Part shown: piece by piece, positions 37,660 through 51,074 of the stretch
Layout of the letters: every line of letters starts with the position of its first letter
How positions within the stretch are numbered: position 1 is the first letter of the stretch
Origin: Mobula hypostoma
Taxonomy: Eukaryota
Direction: 5' to 3'
Assembly: GCF_963921235.1 (NCBI RefSeq)
Contig: NC_086097.1
Location: 254,326,001 to 254,390,000 of the forward strand
Length of the DNA stretch: 64,000 bases
The notes under the pieces: generated by a model
Seen by the model: the letters and a program-made list of their open reading frames with translations, nothing else
Databases searched by the model: none
Told to the model about the DNA's origin: nothing
Made by a program: the position numbers and the translations under genes

Positions 37660-38030
37660 ATAGAAAATGCTGGAGTAACTCCGTCAGTCAGTCAGTCAGT
37701 GTTTGTGGAGATGAATAGACGGTCAATGTTGTGTGTGGAGGCCTTACATCATGACTGGAAATGAAGGGGATGAAGCCAAGCTAACGCAGAGCAGGGGACC
37801 GTGGACAAGCTAGAAGGTGATGGGTGAAGCCAGGTGAGTGGGGACTGGAGGATGAAAGAACTGGGAGGTGATAGTTGGAAAGGTAAAGTGCTGGAGAAGG
37901 TGGAATCTGAGAGGAGAAGGGACCATAAGTGAAAGTGGGGGGTGGGGGCAGAAGGACACCAGGGAGGTGAGGGGAAGCGGTAAGAAGCCAGAGTGAGGAA
38001 TTGAAGAAGAGGAAAGGGGAAGGTTAAATA
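37660..38030 (-). mobile_element. Highly decayed Penelope-like 3'/pLTR fragment
   Basis: AATGCTGGAGTAACTC start and a purine-rich tract resembling the reverse complement of 19480-19850. Confidence 0.5.
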
Positions 38031-38157
38031 TGTAGTGTTGTAATTCTCTCACGCTGAGATAGATCACTACAGTCAGTTCACAGCATGAGACAGGAAATGC
38101 ACTGCTCGCCTCTCGAGCCCGTCTTGCAAGAAGGCCTTTGAGTGGAATGTCATCAAC

Positions 38158-38266
38158 ATGGAGTATAACCCCATAAAAATGATTTTAAAAGATAGTGGAA
38201 TTTTCCCAAGATTTAAATATCGACATGATGTTTATTCGATTCTCCCGCCCCCTGGAGTTCAACCCG
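38158..38266 (+). other. Possible first coding exon of an unidentified host gene
   Basis: Non-repetitive patch with AACATGG start context, open frame MEYNPIKMILKDSGIFPRFKYRHDVYSILPPPGVQP, and a consensus donor CCG|GTGAGT (phase 1). Confidence 0.35.
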
Positions 38267-38322
38267 GTGAGTGAGATGCACCTGCAAACAAACCATGCCA
38301 CAGCTGCCTTTCATGAATCACG

Positions 38323-38699
38323 AGGAATTCTGCAGATGCTGGGAATTCAAGCAACACACAACAAAGTTGCTGGTGAACGCAGCAGGCCAGGCAGCATCTC
38401 TAGGAAGAGGTACAGTGTTTTTTTCTCCCCCCTCCCCCTTTTCCTTCTCCCTGGACCTCCTGTCCCATGATCCTCTCGTATCCCTTTTGCCAATCACCTG
38501 TCCAGCTCTCGGCTCCATTCCTCCCCCTCCTGTCTTCTCCTATCATTTTGGATCTCCCCCTCCCCCTCCCACTTTCAAATCTCTTACTAGCTCTTCTTTT
38601 GGTTAGTCCTGACGAAGGGTCTCGGCCCAAAACGTCGACTGTACCTCTTCCTAGAGATGCTGCCTGGCCTGCTGCGTTCACCAGCAACTTTGATGTGTG
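38323..38699. mobile_element. Short inverted Penelope pLTR insertion
   Basis: Minus fragment 38323-38416 followed by plus fragment ~38417-38699; 14-bp TSD TTTCA(T/C)GAATCA(C/T)G (38309-38322, 38700-38713); hammerhead with GAAA changed to AAAA at 38604-38640. Confidence 0.85.
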
Positions 38700-38944
38700 T
38701 TTCACGAATCATGTTGGTTTTGATTTCTGATTCATCCTATAAAAATATAAACCAACATTTGTCAAGTAACAGTGCATTTCTTTCTCATGAATATTAAATG
38801 ATTTTTAAGTGAACATGTGACATACAATTTAATTTTCATCACAGTGAACAGTAAATAACCATGTTGACTTTACAGCAGACAGCAAAAGGCAAAGCATGTT
38901 GTAATATGAGTGTTTATAAATGCATCGGCATTTAGTATTAGCAG

Positions 38945-39605
38945 ACCATTACAGCACTGTAAGGCCCTTCAGCCCACAATGTTGTGCTGACCTTTTAACC
39001 TTCGCTAAGATCAATCTAACCCTTCTCTTCTACATAGTCTACCATTTTCCTATCATCCATGTGCCTATCTACAAGTCTCTTAAATGTCCCTAATGTATCT
39101 GCCTCTAATATCACCCCTGGCAAGGTGTTCCGTACACCCACCACTCTCTGTGCAGAAAACATACCTCTAACATTTCTTTTTCTACTTTCCTCCAATCACC
39201 TTAAAATAATACCCCCTCCTATTAGACATTTCCATCCTGGGGAAATGTCTCTGGCTGTCCACTCAATCTATGCTCCTTATCATCTTGTACATTTTGATCA
39301 AGTGACCTCTCATCCTTCTCTTCTCTAAAGAAGAAAGACGCAGCTTGAACAACCTTCTGTCATAAGACACGCTCTCTAATCCAGGAAGCATCCTGGTAAA
39401 TCTCCTCTGCACCCTCTGTAAAACTTCCACATCCTTCCTATAATGAGGTGACCTGAACTGAACACAATAAAACTTTAAACCTATAAAAAGATCAATTTAA
39501 CCTTTCCTTCCTATACAGCTCTTCATTGTTCTACCATCCATGTGCCTATCTAAGAGTTTTTTTAAGTGCCCCTGAAGTTTCTGCCTTGTCCACCTCCTCC
39601 TGCAG
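38945..39605 (-). mobile_element. Old CR1-like 3' fragments
   Basis: GGCCCTTCAGCCCACAATGTTGTGC 3' hairpin region and decayed C-terminal RT sequence. Confidence 0.7.
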
Positions 39606-39884
39606 GGCTGTATGACTACTTCCACCCTGATTTTCCAACTACTTATTGTCGAACATCACATTGGGTTGTTCACTGCCTCTCTTAAAAATAAAGGTGTTGC
39701 TAATGATCACTGAATGTTGTTTTGAAACAGTGAGAAAATATTAGCTTTTTTGTCATGTACAACGAAACATACAATGAAATGGATGGCTTGTGTCAAATCA
39801 AAGTAGCAAGGATGTGCTGGGGGCAGCCTGCAAGTGTCACCATGGCTCTGGTGACATCTCCAAAATGTACTAGCCCTAACGGTT

Positions 39885-40667
39885 AACCATTTGGAATGTG
39901 GGAGGGAAATGTGCTGGCATTTATAGCGAGAGGATTCAAGTACAGGAGCAGGGAGGTACTACTGCAGTTGTACAAGGCCTTGGTGAGACCACACCTGGAG
40001 TATTGTGTGCAGTTCTGGTCCCCTAATCTGAGGAAAGACATTCTTGCCATAGAGGGAGTACAAAGAAGGTTCACCAGATTGATTCCTGGGATGGCAGGAC
40101 TTTCATATGATGAAAGACTGGATCAACTAGGCTTATACTCGTTGGAATTTAGAAGATTGAGGGGGGATCTGATTGAAACGTATAAAATCCTAAAGGGATT
40201 GGACAGGCTAGATGCAGGGAGATTGTTCCCGATGTTGGGGAAGTCCAGAACGAGAGGCCACAGTTTGAGGATAGAGGGGAAGCCTTTCAGGACCGAGATT
40301 AGGAAAAACTTCTTCACACAGAGAGTGGTGAATCTGTGGAATTCTCTGCCACAGCAAACAGTTGAGGCCAGTTCATTGGCTATATTTAAGAGGGAGTTAG
40401 ATATGGTCCTTGTGGCTACGGGGATCAGAGGGTATGGAGGGAAGGCTGGGGCGGGGTTCTGAGTTGGATGATCAGCCATGATCATAATAAATGGCGGTGC
40501 AGGCTCGAAGGGCCGAATGGCCTACTCCTGCACCTATTTTCTATGTTTCTATGTAATGGAGCACCCAAAAGAAACACACAGTCACAGGGTGAACATACAA
40601 ACTGCTTACAGACAGCAGTGGGAATTAAAGCTCGACTGGTGATCATCTCTGTAAAACGATTGCACTG
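39885..40667 (-). mobile_element. Decayed SINE (V-SINE/HE1-like) interrupted by a young CR1 fragment
   Basis: TTTGGAATGTGGGAGG before 39905 joins GGAGCACCCAAAAGAAACACACAGTCACAGGGTGAACATACAAACT after 40557. Resemblance to the fish/shark SINE core is from memory and was not aligned. Confidence 0.45.
39912..40554 (+). mobile_element. Young CR1 3' fragment (sister variant)
   Basis: ORF 39896-40462 nearly identical to the ORF2 C-terminus, ending KAGAGF; TTCTATGT tail. Confidence 0.92.
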
Positions 40668-41035
40668 ACAGACAGACAGACACACTTTATTGATCCCGAG
40701 GGAAATTGAGTTTTGTTACAGTTGCACCATAAATAATTAAATAGTAATAAAACCATAAATAGTTAAATAGTAAAATGTAAATTATGCCAGGAAATAAGTC
40801 CAGGACCAGCCTATCTGCTCAGGGTGTCTGACCCTCCAAGGGAGGAGTTGTAAAGTTAGATGGCCACAGGCAGGAATGACTTCCTATGACTCTCTGTGCT
40901 GCATCTCGGAGGAATGAGTCTCTGGCTGAATGTACTCCTGTGCCCACCCAGTACATTATGTAGTGGATGGGAGACATTGTCCAAGATGGCACGCAACTTA
41001 GACAGCATCCTCTTTTCAGACACCACCGTCAGAGT
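40668..41035 (-). mobile_element. Rex1-like LINE 3' end
   Basis: (GACA)n tail, CTTTATTGATCCCGAGGGAAATTG, then GGAGTTGTAAAGT...GGATGGGAGACATTGTCCAAGATGG (C-terminal RT-like sequence on the minus strand). Confidence 0.6.
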
Positions 41036-41104
41036 CCACTGTGCTACATTGCCACCATTACAACAGGAACGCAGATTTCCGCACTAGGCTGTGGCATTCA
41101 TAAC

Positions 41105-41392
41105 CACAAGAGATTCTGCAGATGCTGGAAATCCAGAGAATAGATTGGTGGAGAGAAAATGTCACGAAAAAATAGGAGTCCTGACAAAGGGTGTCGGCCC
41201 AGTATGTCAACTGTTTCTTCATTTCCATAGATGCTGTCTGACCCACTGAGTTCTTCCTGCATTTTGAGTGTGTTGCTGGTTGTGTCCATGCTGTGGTTTT
41301 CTATGAATCTATGACTCTAAGGGTCTCAACCAGAAAAGTAGACTGTGTATACATTTCCATAGATGCTGCCTGACCTGCTGAATTCCTCCAGC
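41105..41392. mobile_element. Cluster of decayed Penelope pLTR fragments
   Basis: TCTGCAGATGCTGG in minus orientation, followed by two plus-strand CATAGATGCTG..TGACC..CTGA.TTC copies with decayed hammerhead cores. Confidence 0.65.
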
Positions 41393-44300
41393 CAGTGGCA
41401 TTATCAGTTCATCCACTTGCTCAGTAACTTCCTCAAAAACCTCTATAAGATTGGTTAGATGTGACTATCATGCACAGAGCCACGCTGACCATCCTTAATC
41501 AGTCCATGTCTATCCAAATGCTCATATTGTCCACTCTGGTCCCTTTGGAATACGTTCCATTAGCTTCCTTATTACTGATGTCAGGCTCACCGCTCTATCA
41601 TTCTCTGGATTATTTTTAGTACCTCTCTTAAACAGCAGAGCAATATAAGCTATCATCCAGTCCTCTGGCACTTCCTCTGCACATGCCTCTGACAGGGTCC
41701 GAAGGAACACATCGTCAGGCCCTGGGGATTTATCTACCCTGATTTGCCTCAAGACAACAAACACCACCTCCTCTGTAAACTGTATAGGGTGCATGCCTTC
41801 GCCACTGCTTTGCCTCACTTCATTGTGTGTCTGAATCCAAGTAAATACAGATGCAAAAGAGTCCATTTGAGATTGCCCTCATCTCTTCTGGCTTTACACA
41901 TTGACTACCATTACAATCTTCCAGAGACCAATTTTGTACGTTGCAAGGTTGAGTGAACTCGGCCTTTTCTCCTTGGAGCGATGGAGGATGAGAGGTGACC
42001 TGATAGATGTATAAGATGATGAGAGGCATTGATCATGTGGATAAAGGCTTTTTCCCAGGGCTGAAATGGCTAGCATGAGAGGGCACAGTTTTAAGGTGCT
42101 TGGAAGTAGGTACAAAGGAGATGCCAGGGTTAAGTTTTATTACGCAGAGAGTGGTGAGTGCGTGGAATAGGCTGCCAGCGACGATGGTGGAGGTGGATAC
42201 GATAGGGTCACAGTATCTCTCGAAAACCAAGGTTCCCTAAACCTGTTATCTTGCCATTTATCCTGATATTGCTGACATTGGAGATGGTGCACAGCAGGCT
42301 TACTAGAATGAAAGGGTTAATGTGTGAGGAACATTTGATGGCCCTGGGACTGTAGTTTAGAAGAGTGAGGGAAATCTCAATGAAATCTATAGAATCTTGA
42401 AAGGCCTCAATGGAGTGGATGAGAAGAGGTTGTTCCCTGTAATAGGGGAGTCTAGGACCAGGGGGTGCAGCCTCAGCACAGAGGAACATCCTTTTAGAAC
42501 AGAGATGATTGATTGGTCAGGGCATGAAGGGATACAGGGAGAAGGCAGGAAATTGAGGTGAAAGGAACATTGCATCAGCCAGGATAAAATGGGCCAAATG
42601 GAGACCGTAAGACATGGGAGCAGAATTAGGCCATTGGGCCATCGAGTCTGCTCCACAACTCAATCATGGCTAATCATGTTTCCCCTCCTCAGCCCTACTC
42701 CCCAGTCTTCTCACTCTAAACTTTAATGCTATGTGCAATAAAGAACCTATCCATTTCTGCTTTAAATACACCCAATGAACTGGCCTCCACAGCTGCCTGT
42801 GTTAACAAATTCACCACCCACTGGCTAAAGAAATTTCTCATCTTTGTTTTAAATGGACGCCACTCTATCTTGAGGCTGTGCCCTCTTGTCCTAGACTCCC
42901 CGCACCATAGGAAACATCCTTTCCACATCTAAGTCTTTAAACATTTGAAAGGTTTCAATGTGATCCCCCTCATCCTTCTAAATTGCAGTGAGTTCAGACC
43001 CAGAGCCGTCAAACATTCCTCGTATGATAACTGATAACTCTTTCATTAGAACCATAGAAACTACAGCACAGAAACAGGCCTTTTGGTCCTTCTTGGCTGT
43101 GCCGAACCATTTTCTGCCTAGTCCCACTGACCTGCGCACGGTCCATATCCCTCCATAAACCTCCCATCCATGTATCTGTCCAATTTATTCTTAAATATTA
43201 AAAAAGAACCCGCATTTACCACCTCGTTTGGCAGCTCATTCCATACTCCCACCACTCTCTGTGTGAAGAAGCCCCCCCCCAATGTTCCCTTTAAACTTTT
43301 CCCCCCTCACCCTTAACCCATGTCCTCTGGTTTTTTTCTCCCCTTGCCTCAGTGGAAAAAGCCTGCTTGCATTCACTCTATCTGTACCCATCATAATTTT
43401 ATATACCTCTATCAAATCTCCCCTCATTCTTCTACGCTCCAGGGAATAAAATCCTAACCTATTCAACCTTTCTCTGTAACTCAGTTTCTCAAGTCCCGGC
43501 AACATCCTTGTAAACCTTCTCTGCACTCTTTCAACCTTATTTATATCCTTCCTGTAATTTGGTGACCAAAACTGAACACAATACTCCAGATTCGGCCTCA
43601 CCAATGCCTTATACAACCTCATCATAACATTCCAGCTCTTATACTCAATACTTCAATTAATAAAGGCCAATGTACCAAAAGCTCTCTTTACCACCCTATC
43701 TACCTGTAACGACACTTTTAAGGAATTTTGTATTTGTATTCCCAGATCCCTCTGTTCCACTGCACTCCTCAGTGCCTTGCCATTAACCCTGTATGTTCTA
43801 CGTTGGTTTGTCCTTCCAACGTGCAATACCTCACACTTGTCAGTATTAAACTCCATCTGCCATTTTTCAGCCCATTTTTCCAGCTGGTCCAAGTCCCTCT
43901 GCAGGCTCTGAAAACCTTCCTCACTGTCTACTACACCTCCAATCTTTGTATTATCTGCAAACTTGCTGATCCAATTTACCACATTATCATCCAGATCATT
44001 GATATAGATGACAAATAACAATGGACCCAGCACAGATCCCTGTGGCACACCACTAGTCACAGGCCTCCACTCAGAGAAGCAATTCTCTACCACCACTCTC
44101 TGGCTTCTTCCATCGAGCCAATATCTAATCCAATTTACCACCTCTCCATGTATACCTAGCGACTGAATTTTCCTAACTAACCTCCCATGTGGGACCTTGT
44201 CAAAGGCCTTACTGAAGTCCAAGTAGACAATATCCACTGCCTTCCCTTCATCCACTTTCCTGGTAACCTCCTCGAAAAACTCCCAACAGATTGGTCAAAT

Positions 44301-47300
44301 ATGACCTACCACGCACAAAGCCATGTTGACTATCCTTCACTTTGACTGCCAAGACAACCTCATGTCTTCTTTTAGCCCTCCTGATTTCTTTCTTAAGTAT
44401 TTTCTTGCACTTCTTATACTCCTCAAGCACCTGATTTACCCCCTGTTTCCTATACATTTCATACAACTCCCTCTTCTTCTTTATCAGAGTTGCAATATCC
44501 CTTGAGAACCAAGGTTCCTTATTCCTATTCAATTTGCCTTTAATCCTGACAGGAACATACAAAGTCTGCACTCTCAAAATTTCCCCTTTGAAGGCTTCCC
44601 ACCTACCAATCACATCTTTGCCAGAGAACAACCTGTCCCAATCCATGCTTTTTAGATCCTTTCTCATTTCTTCAAATTTGGCCTTCTTCCAGTTCCGAAA
44701 CTCAACCCTAGAACCAGATCTATCCTTGTCCATGATCAAATTGAAACTAATGGTGTTATGATCACTGGAATCAAAGTGCTCCCCTACACAGACTTCTGTC
44801 ACTTGCCCTAATTCGTTACCTAACAGGAGATCCAATATTGCATCCCCTCTAGTTGGTCCCTCTATATATTGATTTAGAAAACTTTCCTGAACACATTTTA
44901 CAAACTCTAAACCATCTAGACCCCTAACAGTATGGAATTGTCCTTGTGAAACTCCTCTAAATGCTCTCCAATGCCTGCATATCTTTTCTTGGATGAAGAA
45001 CCCAAAACTGTTCACAATAGTCAAGATGAGGCCTCACCAGTGTCTTGTAAAGTGTCAGCATCACATCCTTTCTCTTAGGGATAACAGCTTATCTCCTTTA
45101 CCATAGTGCTGGGGAGGGATAGGAGCAGACAATTTGGGAAAATATTTAATTGGGGTAGGGGGAACTATGATTCAATTGGGGACATAAATTGGGAGCAGAT
45201 GTTCTCATGGAAATGTACAGCAGAAATAGAACATAGAAATTTACAGCAGATTACAGGCCCTTCAGCCCACAATGTTGTGCAGACCGTGTAAACTACTCTC
45301 GAGACTGCCTGGAAAATCCCTAGCACAGTGCCTTCTATTTACCCAAGCTCCATGTACCTATCGAAGAGGCTTTTAAAAGACCCTATGTATCCGCTTCCAC
45401 CACCAACGCCAGCAGTGCATTCCATGCACCCACCACTCAGGGTGAAAAACTTACCACAAACATCCCCTTGGTACCAATTGCCAAGTACCTTAAAACTATG
45501 CCCCTTTGTGTTAGCCATTTCAGCCCTGAGAAAAAGCCTCTGGCTATCCACATGATCAATGCCCCTCATCAGCTTATACACCCGTGTCAGGTCACCTCTC
45601 ATCCTCCGTTGCTCCAAGGAGAAAAGGCCAAGTTCACCCAACCTGTTTTCATAAGGTACACTCTCCAATCCAGGCAACATCCTTGTAAATCTCCTCTGCA
45701 CTCTGTCTATAATATCCACACCCTTCCGGTAGTGAGGTGACTTAGAACTGAACACAGTATTCCAAGTGGGGTCTGACCAAGGTCTTATATACCTGAAAAT
45801 AACATTTGCATGGCGTTCTGCATAGGTGTGTTCCATTGAGGCAGGGTAAAAGAACCATGGTGTACAAAGGATGTAGAAAACCTAGTTATGAAGAAAAGAA
45901 AAGCTTACGAAAGGTTCAAGAAACTAGGTACTGCTAGAGCTCTAGAAAATGACATGGTTGCCAGGAAGGACCTTAAGAATGAAATTAGGAGAACTAGAAT
46001 GTGCCATGAGAAGGCCTTGGCAAGCAGTATTAAACAATGCCCTGAGGTGGAATCTCATGTGGATAGGGTGGTGAAGAAAGCTTTTGGTATGCTGGCCTTT
46101 ATTAATCAGAGCATTGAGTATAGGAGTTGGGATGTAATGTTAAAATTGTGCAAGGCATTGATAAGGCCAAATTTGGAGTACAGTTCTGTCACTGAATTAT
46201 AGGAAAGATGTCAACAAAATAGAGAAAGTACAGAAAAGATTTACCAGAATGTTACCTGGGTTTCAGCACCTGAGTTACAGAGAAAGGTTGAACAAATTGG
46301 ATCTTTATTCTTTGGAGCGTAGAAGGTTGAGGGGGGACTTGATAGAGGTATTTAAAATTATGAGGGGGATAGATAGAGCTGACGTGGATAGGCTTTTTCC
46401 ATTGAGAGTAGGGCAGATTCAAACAAGAGAACATGAGTTGAGAGTTAGGAGGCAGAAGTTTAGGGGTAACATGAGGGGGAACTTCTTTACTCAGTAGTGG
46501 CTGTGTGGAACGAGCTTCCAGTAGAAGTGGTAGAGGCAGGTTCGATATTGTCATTTACAGAAAAATTGGATAGGTATATGAACAGGAAGGGAATGGAGGG
46601 TTATGGGGTGAGTGCAGGTCGGTGGGACTAGGTGAGAGTAAGCGTTTGGCACGGACTAGAAGGGCTGAGATGGCCTGTTTCCGTGCTGTAATTGTTATAT
46701 GGCTATATGGTTAGCTGAAAGAGGTAGCGGAGGTACTTAATGAATACATTGCCTCAGTTCTCACCTGGGAAAAGGACCTTGGCAATTGTGGGGATGACTT
46801 ACAGCGGACTGAAAATCTTGAGCGTATAGACATTAAGAAAGAGAATGTGCTGGAGCTTTTGAAAAGGGTTAAATTAGATAAATTGCCAGCTTTGGATGAG
46901 ATATACTCCAGGCTACTGTGGGAAGCAAGGGAGGAGATTGTTGATCTTTGCTTCATCAATAGGGATGGGAGAAGTACCAGAGGATTGGAAGGTTGCAAAT
47001 GACAAGAAAGGGAGTAGAGATAACCCAGGAAATTACAAACCAGTGAGTCTGTCTTAAATGGTGAACAGGTTGTTGGAGAAGATCCTGAGAAGCAGAATTT
47101 ATAACCATTTGGAGAGAAATAACCTGATGAGGGATAGTCAGCATGGCTTTGTCAAGGGCAGATCATGCTTTACAAGCCTGATTGAATTCTTTGAGGATGA
47201 AACAAAACACATTGATGAAGGTAGAACAGTGGATGTAGTGTATATGGAATCCCAAGTCCCTTTGCATCTGAGATTTTTGGATTTTCTCCCTGTTCAGAAA

Positions 47301-50300
47301 ATTGTCTGCACGTTCATTTCTTCTCCCAACGTGCATGACCATGCAACTCCCATCAATGTATTTCATTTGCCCTTTTCTTGTCCATTCTCTTAATCCGTCT
47401 AAAAGTCCTTCTGCAGTTTACCTATTTCCTCAACACTACCTACCCCTCCACCAATCTTCGTATCATCAGCTAACTTTGCAACAAAGCCCATCTGTACCAT
47501 CATCTAAGTCATTTATATACGGCATAAAAAGAAGCGGTCCCAACATCAACCCCTACAGAATACCACTAGTGACTGGAAGCCAATCAGACAAGGATCCTTT
47601 TATTCCCACTCACTGCCTCCTACCAACCAGCCAATACTCTAACCATGCCAGTAACTTTCCTGTAATACCATGGGCTGTTAAATTGGTAAGCAGCCTCATG
47701 TGTGGCACTTTGTCAAAGACCTTCTGAAAGTCCAAATATACAACATCCACTGCATCCCCTTTATCTATCCAACTTGTAATCTCCTTGAAGAATTCCAACA
47801 GGCTCGTCAGGTTAAACTTTCCCTTAAGGAAGCCATACTGATGTCCTATCTTGCCCTGTGTCACCAAGTACTCCATAATCTCATCCTTGACAGTTGACTC
47901 CAACATCTTCATCTTTCCACCCACTATGGTCAGGCTAACAGGTCCATAATTTCCTTTCTGCTGCCTTCCTCCTTTTTCAATCAGTGGAGTGACATTTGCA
48001 ATTTTCCAGTCCTCTGGCACCATGCCAGAGTCCAACAATATTTGGAAGATCATTATTAATGCCTCCACAATATCTAATGCTACATTTTTCAGAACCCTAG
48101 GATGCAGTTCATCTTGTCCTGGTGACTTATGTACCCTTAAGTCTTTCAGCTTTTTGAGCACCTTCTCCCTTGTAATAGTAACTGCACCCACTTCTGTTCC
48201 CGCTCACACTACAACAACTGGCACACTGCTGGTGTCTTCCACGGAGTAGGCTGATGCAAAATGCTCACTTAGCTCATCAAGCATCTCCTCGTCCCCATTA
48301 TTATTTCTCAGACCTCATTTTTGTTGTTCTATATCCACTCTCATCTCTTATTTTTTACATATTTGAGAAAGTTTTTACTGTCCATTTTGATATTGTTTGC
48401 TGTCTTTTCCCTCCTAGTGATTCTTTTAGTTGTTCTCTGAAAGTTTTTAAAAGCTTCCAAATTCTCCATTTTCCCACTGGTTTTTACTTTGTTGAGTGCC
48501 CTCTCTTTTGCATTAGCTTTGACTTCCCTTGTCAGCCATGGTTGTACTATTTTCCTGTTTGAGTATGTCTTTGTTTTTGGAATACATCTATCCTACACCT
48601 TCCGCATTTGTCCCAGGAACACATGCTATTGTTGCTCTGCTGGCATCCCTGCCAGCATCTCTTTCAAATTTTCTTTGGTCAACTCCTCTTCTCCATATCA
48701 AAGTTCAAGTTGAACTCAATTGTATTGTGATCACCGCCTCTTACTGTTTCTCACCTTAAGCTCCCTAATCACCTCTGGTTCATTACATAACACCCAATCC
48801 AGGATAGCTGATCCCCCACAGTAGGCTCAACAACAAACTGCTCTAAAAAGCCATCTCTTAGGCATTCAACAAGCTCACTCTTGAGATCCACTTCCAACCT
48901 GATTTTCCCAATCGACCTGCATGTTGAAATCTCCCATGACTATCATGGTCCTTTTACCCTTGCAGTTTCTGAACCCAACACACAAGGATTCAACATTTTC
49001 TGATCTGATGTAACATCTTTATACTGATTTGATGCCATTCTTTACCAGCAGAGCCACACCACCCTTTCCTATCCCTCCAATACAACATGAAACCTTGGAC
49101 CTTCAGCCTCCAAATACAACCCTCCTTCAGCCACAGTTCAATAATGGCCACAAAATCACACCTGACAATCTACAATAGTGTAATAAGATCATCCACCCTG
49201 CTCCTTATACTCCGTGCATTGAGATATAACACTTTGAGTACTGTATTTGCTACACTTTCTGATTCTGCATCCCTAATGCACTGATACTCACCCTGCTGGC
49301 TGCAATTTTGTCCTGTGATCTGCCTATACTTTCTGACTGCCTGACTGTACGCAATCTTTGCTTTTTTACCATCTGTCTTATCCTGAGTCCTTTCACTCCA
49401 GTTCCCACCCACTGCCAAATTAGTTTCAACCCTCCCCAACAACTCTAACAAACCTGCCCTTGAGAATATTATGGTCTTGTGAGAAGGAATTTGTTTAACT
49501 AGCAGGTGGTGAACTTTTGCAATTCTTTGCGCAGAAGGGTGTGAAGGCTAAGTAATTTAAAGTGGAGGTTCATAAGCTGTCAATTAGTCAGATTGTCAAA
49601 GGTTACGGGAAGAAGGAGGGAGAAAGGAATAATAAATCAGCCATGATGGAATGGTGGAGCAGACCCAGTGGGCTGAGAGATCCAATTTTGCTCCATTGTC
49701 TTATGGTAAAGTGACATTAGGTACAGGAATGTGTGCACATAAGGTGACTGACAGGTATTGATAAAGTCTTGGTGGTTGGGGTGCGTGGATTAGTCGGTGG
49801 TGTTATTGCTTGGGGAAAACCAGAAGTTCTGGTCAATGTAGGTACCAATAACATGGGCAGGACAAGTGATGAGGTTCTGCTTAGGGTGTTCAGGAAGTTA
49901 GGTGCTCGGTTAAAGGGCAGGACTTCCAGGGTTGTGATCTCAGGATTGCTATCTGTGCCATGTGCTAGTGATGCCAGAACTAGGAAGATTATACAGTTTA
50001 ACACATCGCTAAGGAGTTGGTGTAGGAGGGAAGGCAAAACATTTCTGGATCATTGGGCTGTCTTCCAGGGAAAGTGGGACCTGTACCGATGGGATGGCTT
50101 GCACCTGAACTGGAGGGGGATCGTCAAAGGTTACGGAAAGAAGGAAGGAGAAAGGAATAATAAATTAGCCATCTCAGTTGGAAGTCTGTTAATGCTGCAA
50201 GGTGGAGTTTAAACTAGAGTTGCAGGGGGATGGGAACCAGAGTGCCAGAGCAGTTGTGGAGAGGTTGTGGTCACAGATGCTGGTAAGAACTCAGACAAAG

Positions 50301-51070
50301 TTACAAATCAAAACGTTGAGCATGGTGCGACTAGTGTCCTGAGCTGCATATATTTCAATGCAGGAAGTATCGTAGGAAAGGCAGATATTAGTGCTGAAGA
50401 TGAGGTAGCTGGTTTACAAACAGAAGCAATGTGTAGTGAGGAGAGACTGTTGATAGAGCAAAATTACAGTCAACAGGATGAGTTGCAACGTGAAACCGGG
50501 CAAAATTGGAATAAGGTAAATGAACTTGCAACACGGTTGCAGATTGGCAGGTATAATGTGTAGGCATCACTGAATCATGACTGAAAGAAGATTATAGCTG
50601 AGAGCTTCATATGCAACCGTACACATTGTATCAATAGGACAGGCAGGAAGGTAGTGGGTTGGTGTTGCTCTGTTGGTAAAAATTGAAATTAAATCATTAG
50701 AAAGAGGTGACATAGGCTTGGAAGGTATTGAATCTTTGAGGATAGAGCTAAGGAACTGCAAAAGGTAAAAATACACTGAGGGAAGTTCTATACAGACCCC
50801 TAAATTGGCTTTTATGCAGTCCTTAACTTCCCTTGACAGCCATGGTTGCCTACCCCTGCCATTTGAGAACAACTTCTGTGGGACATATCTATCCTGCACC
50901 TTGTGAACTATTTAGAAACTTCAACTATCTCTGTTTTGCTGTTCTCCCCACCAGTACCTTCCTTCAATCCACCTGGGCAAGCTGCTCTCTCATGCCTCTG
51001 TAATTCCCTTTATCCCATTGTGATACTGATACATGTGACATGCTTCTCGCTCTCAAATTGCAGTTGGAGT
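41393..51070. mobile_element. Mosaic of nested old CR1 fragments on both strands
   Basis: Examples: 43050-44940(-) RT/EN, 45230-45790(-), 46025-46710(+), 46710-47250(+), 47250-49470(-), 49810-50800(+, ORF1 VNVGTNN...DGLHLN to EN). Confidence 0.8.
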
Positions 51071-51074
51071 TGTT

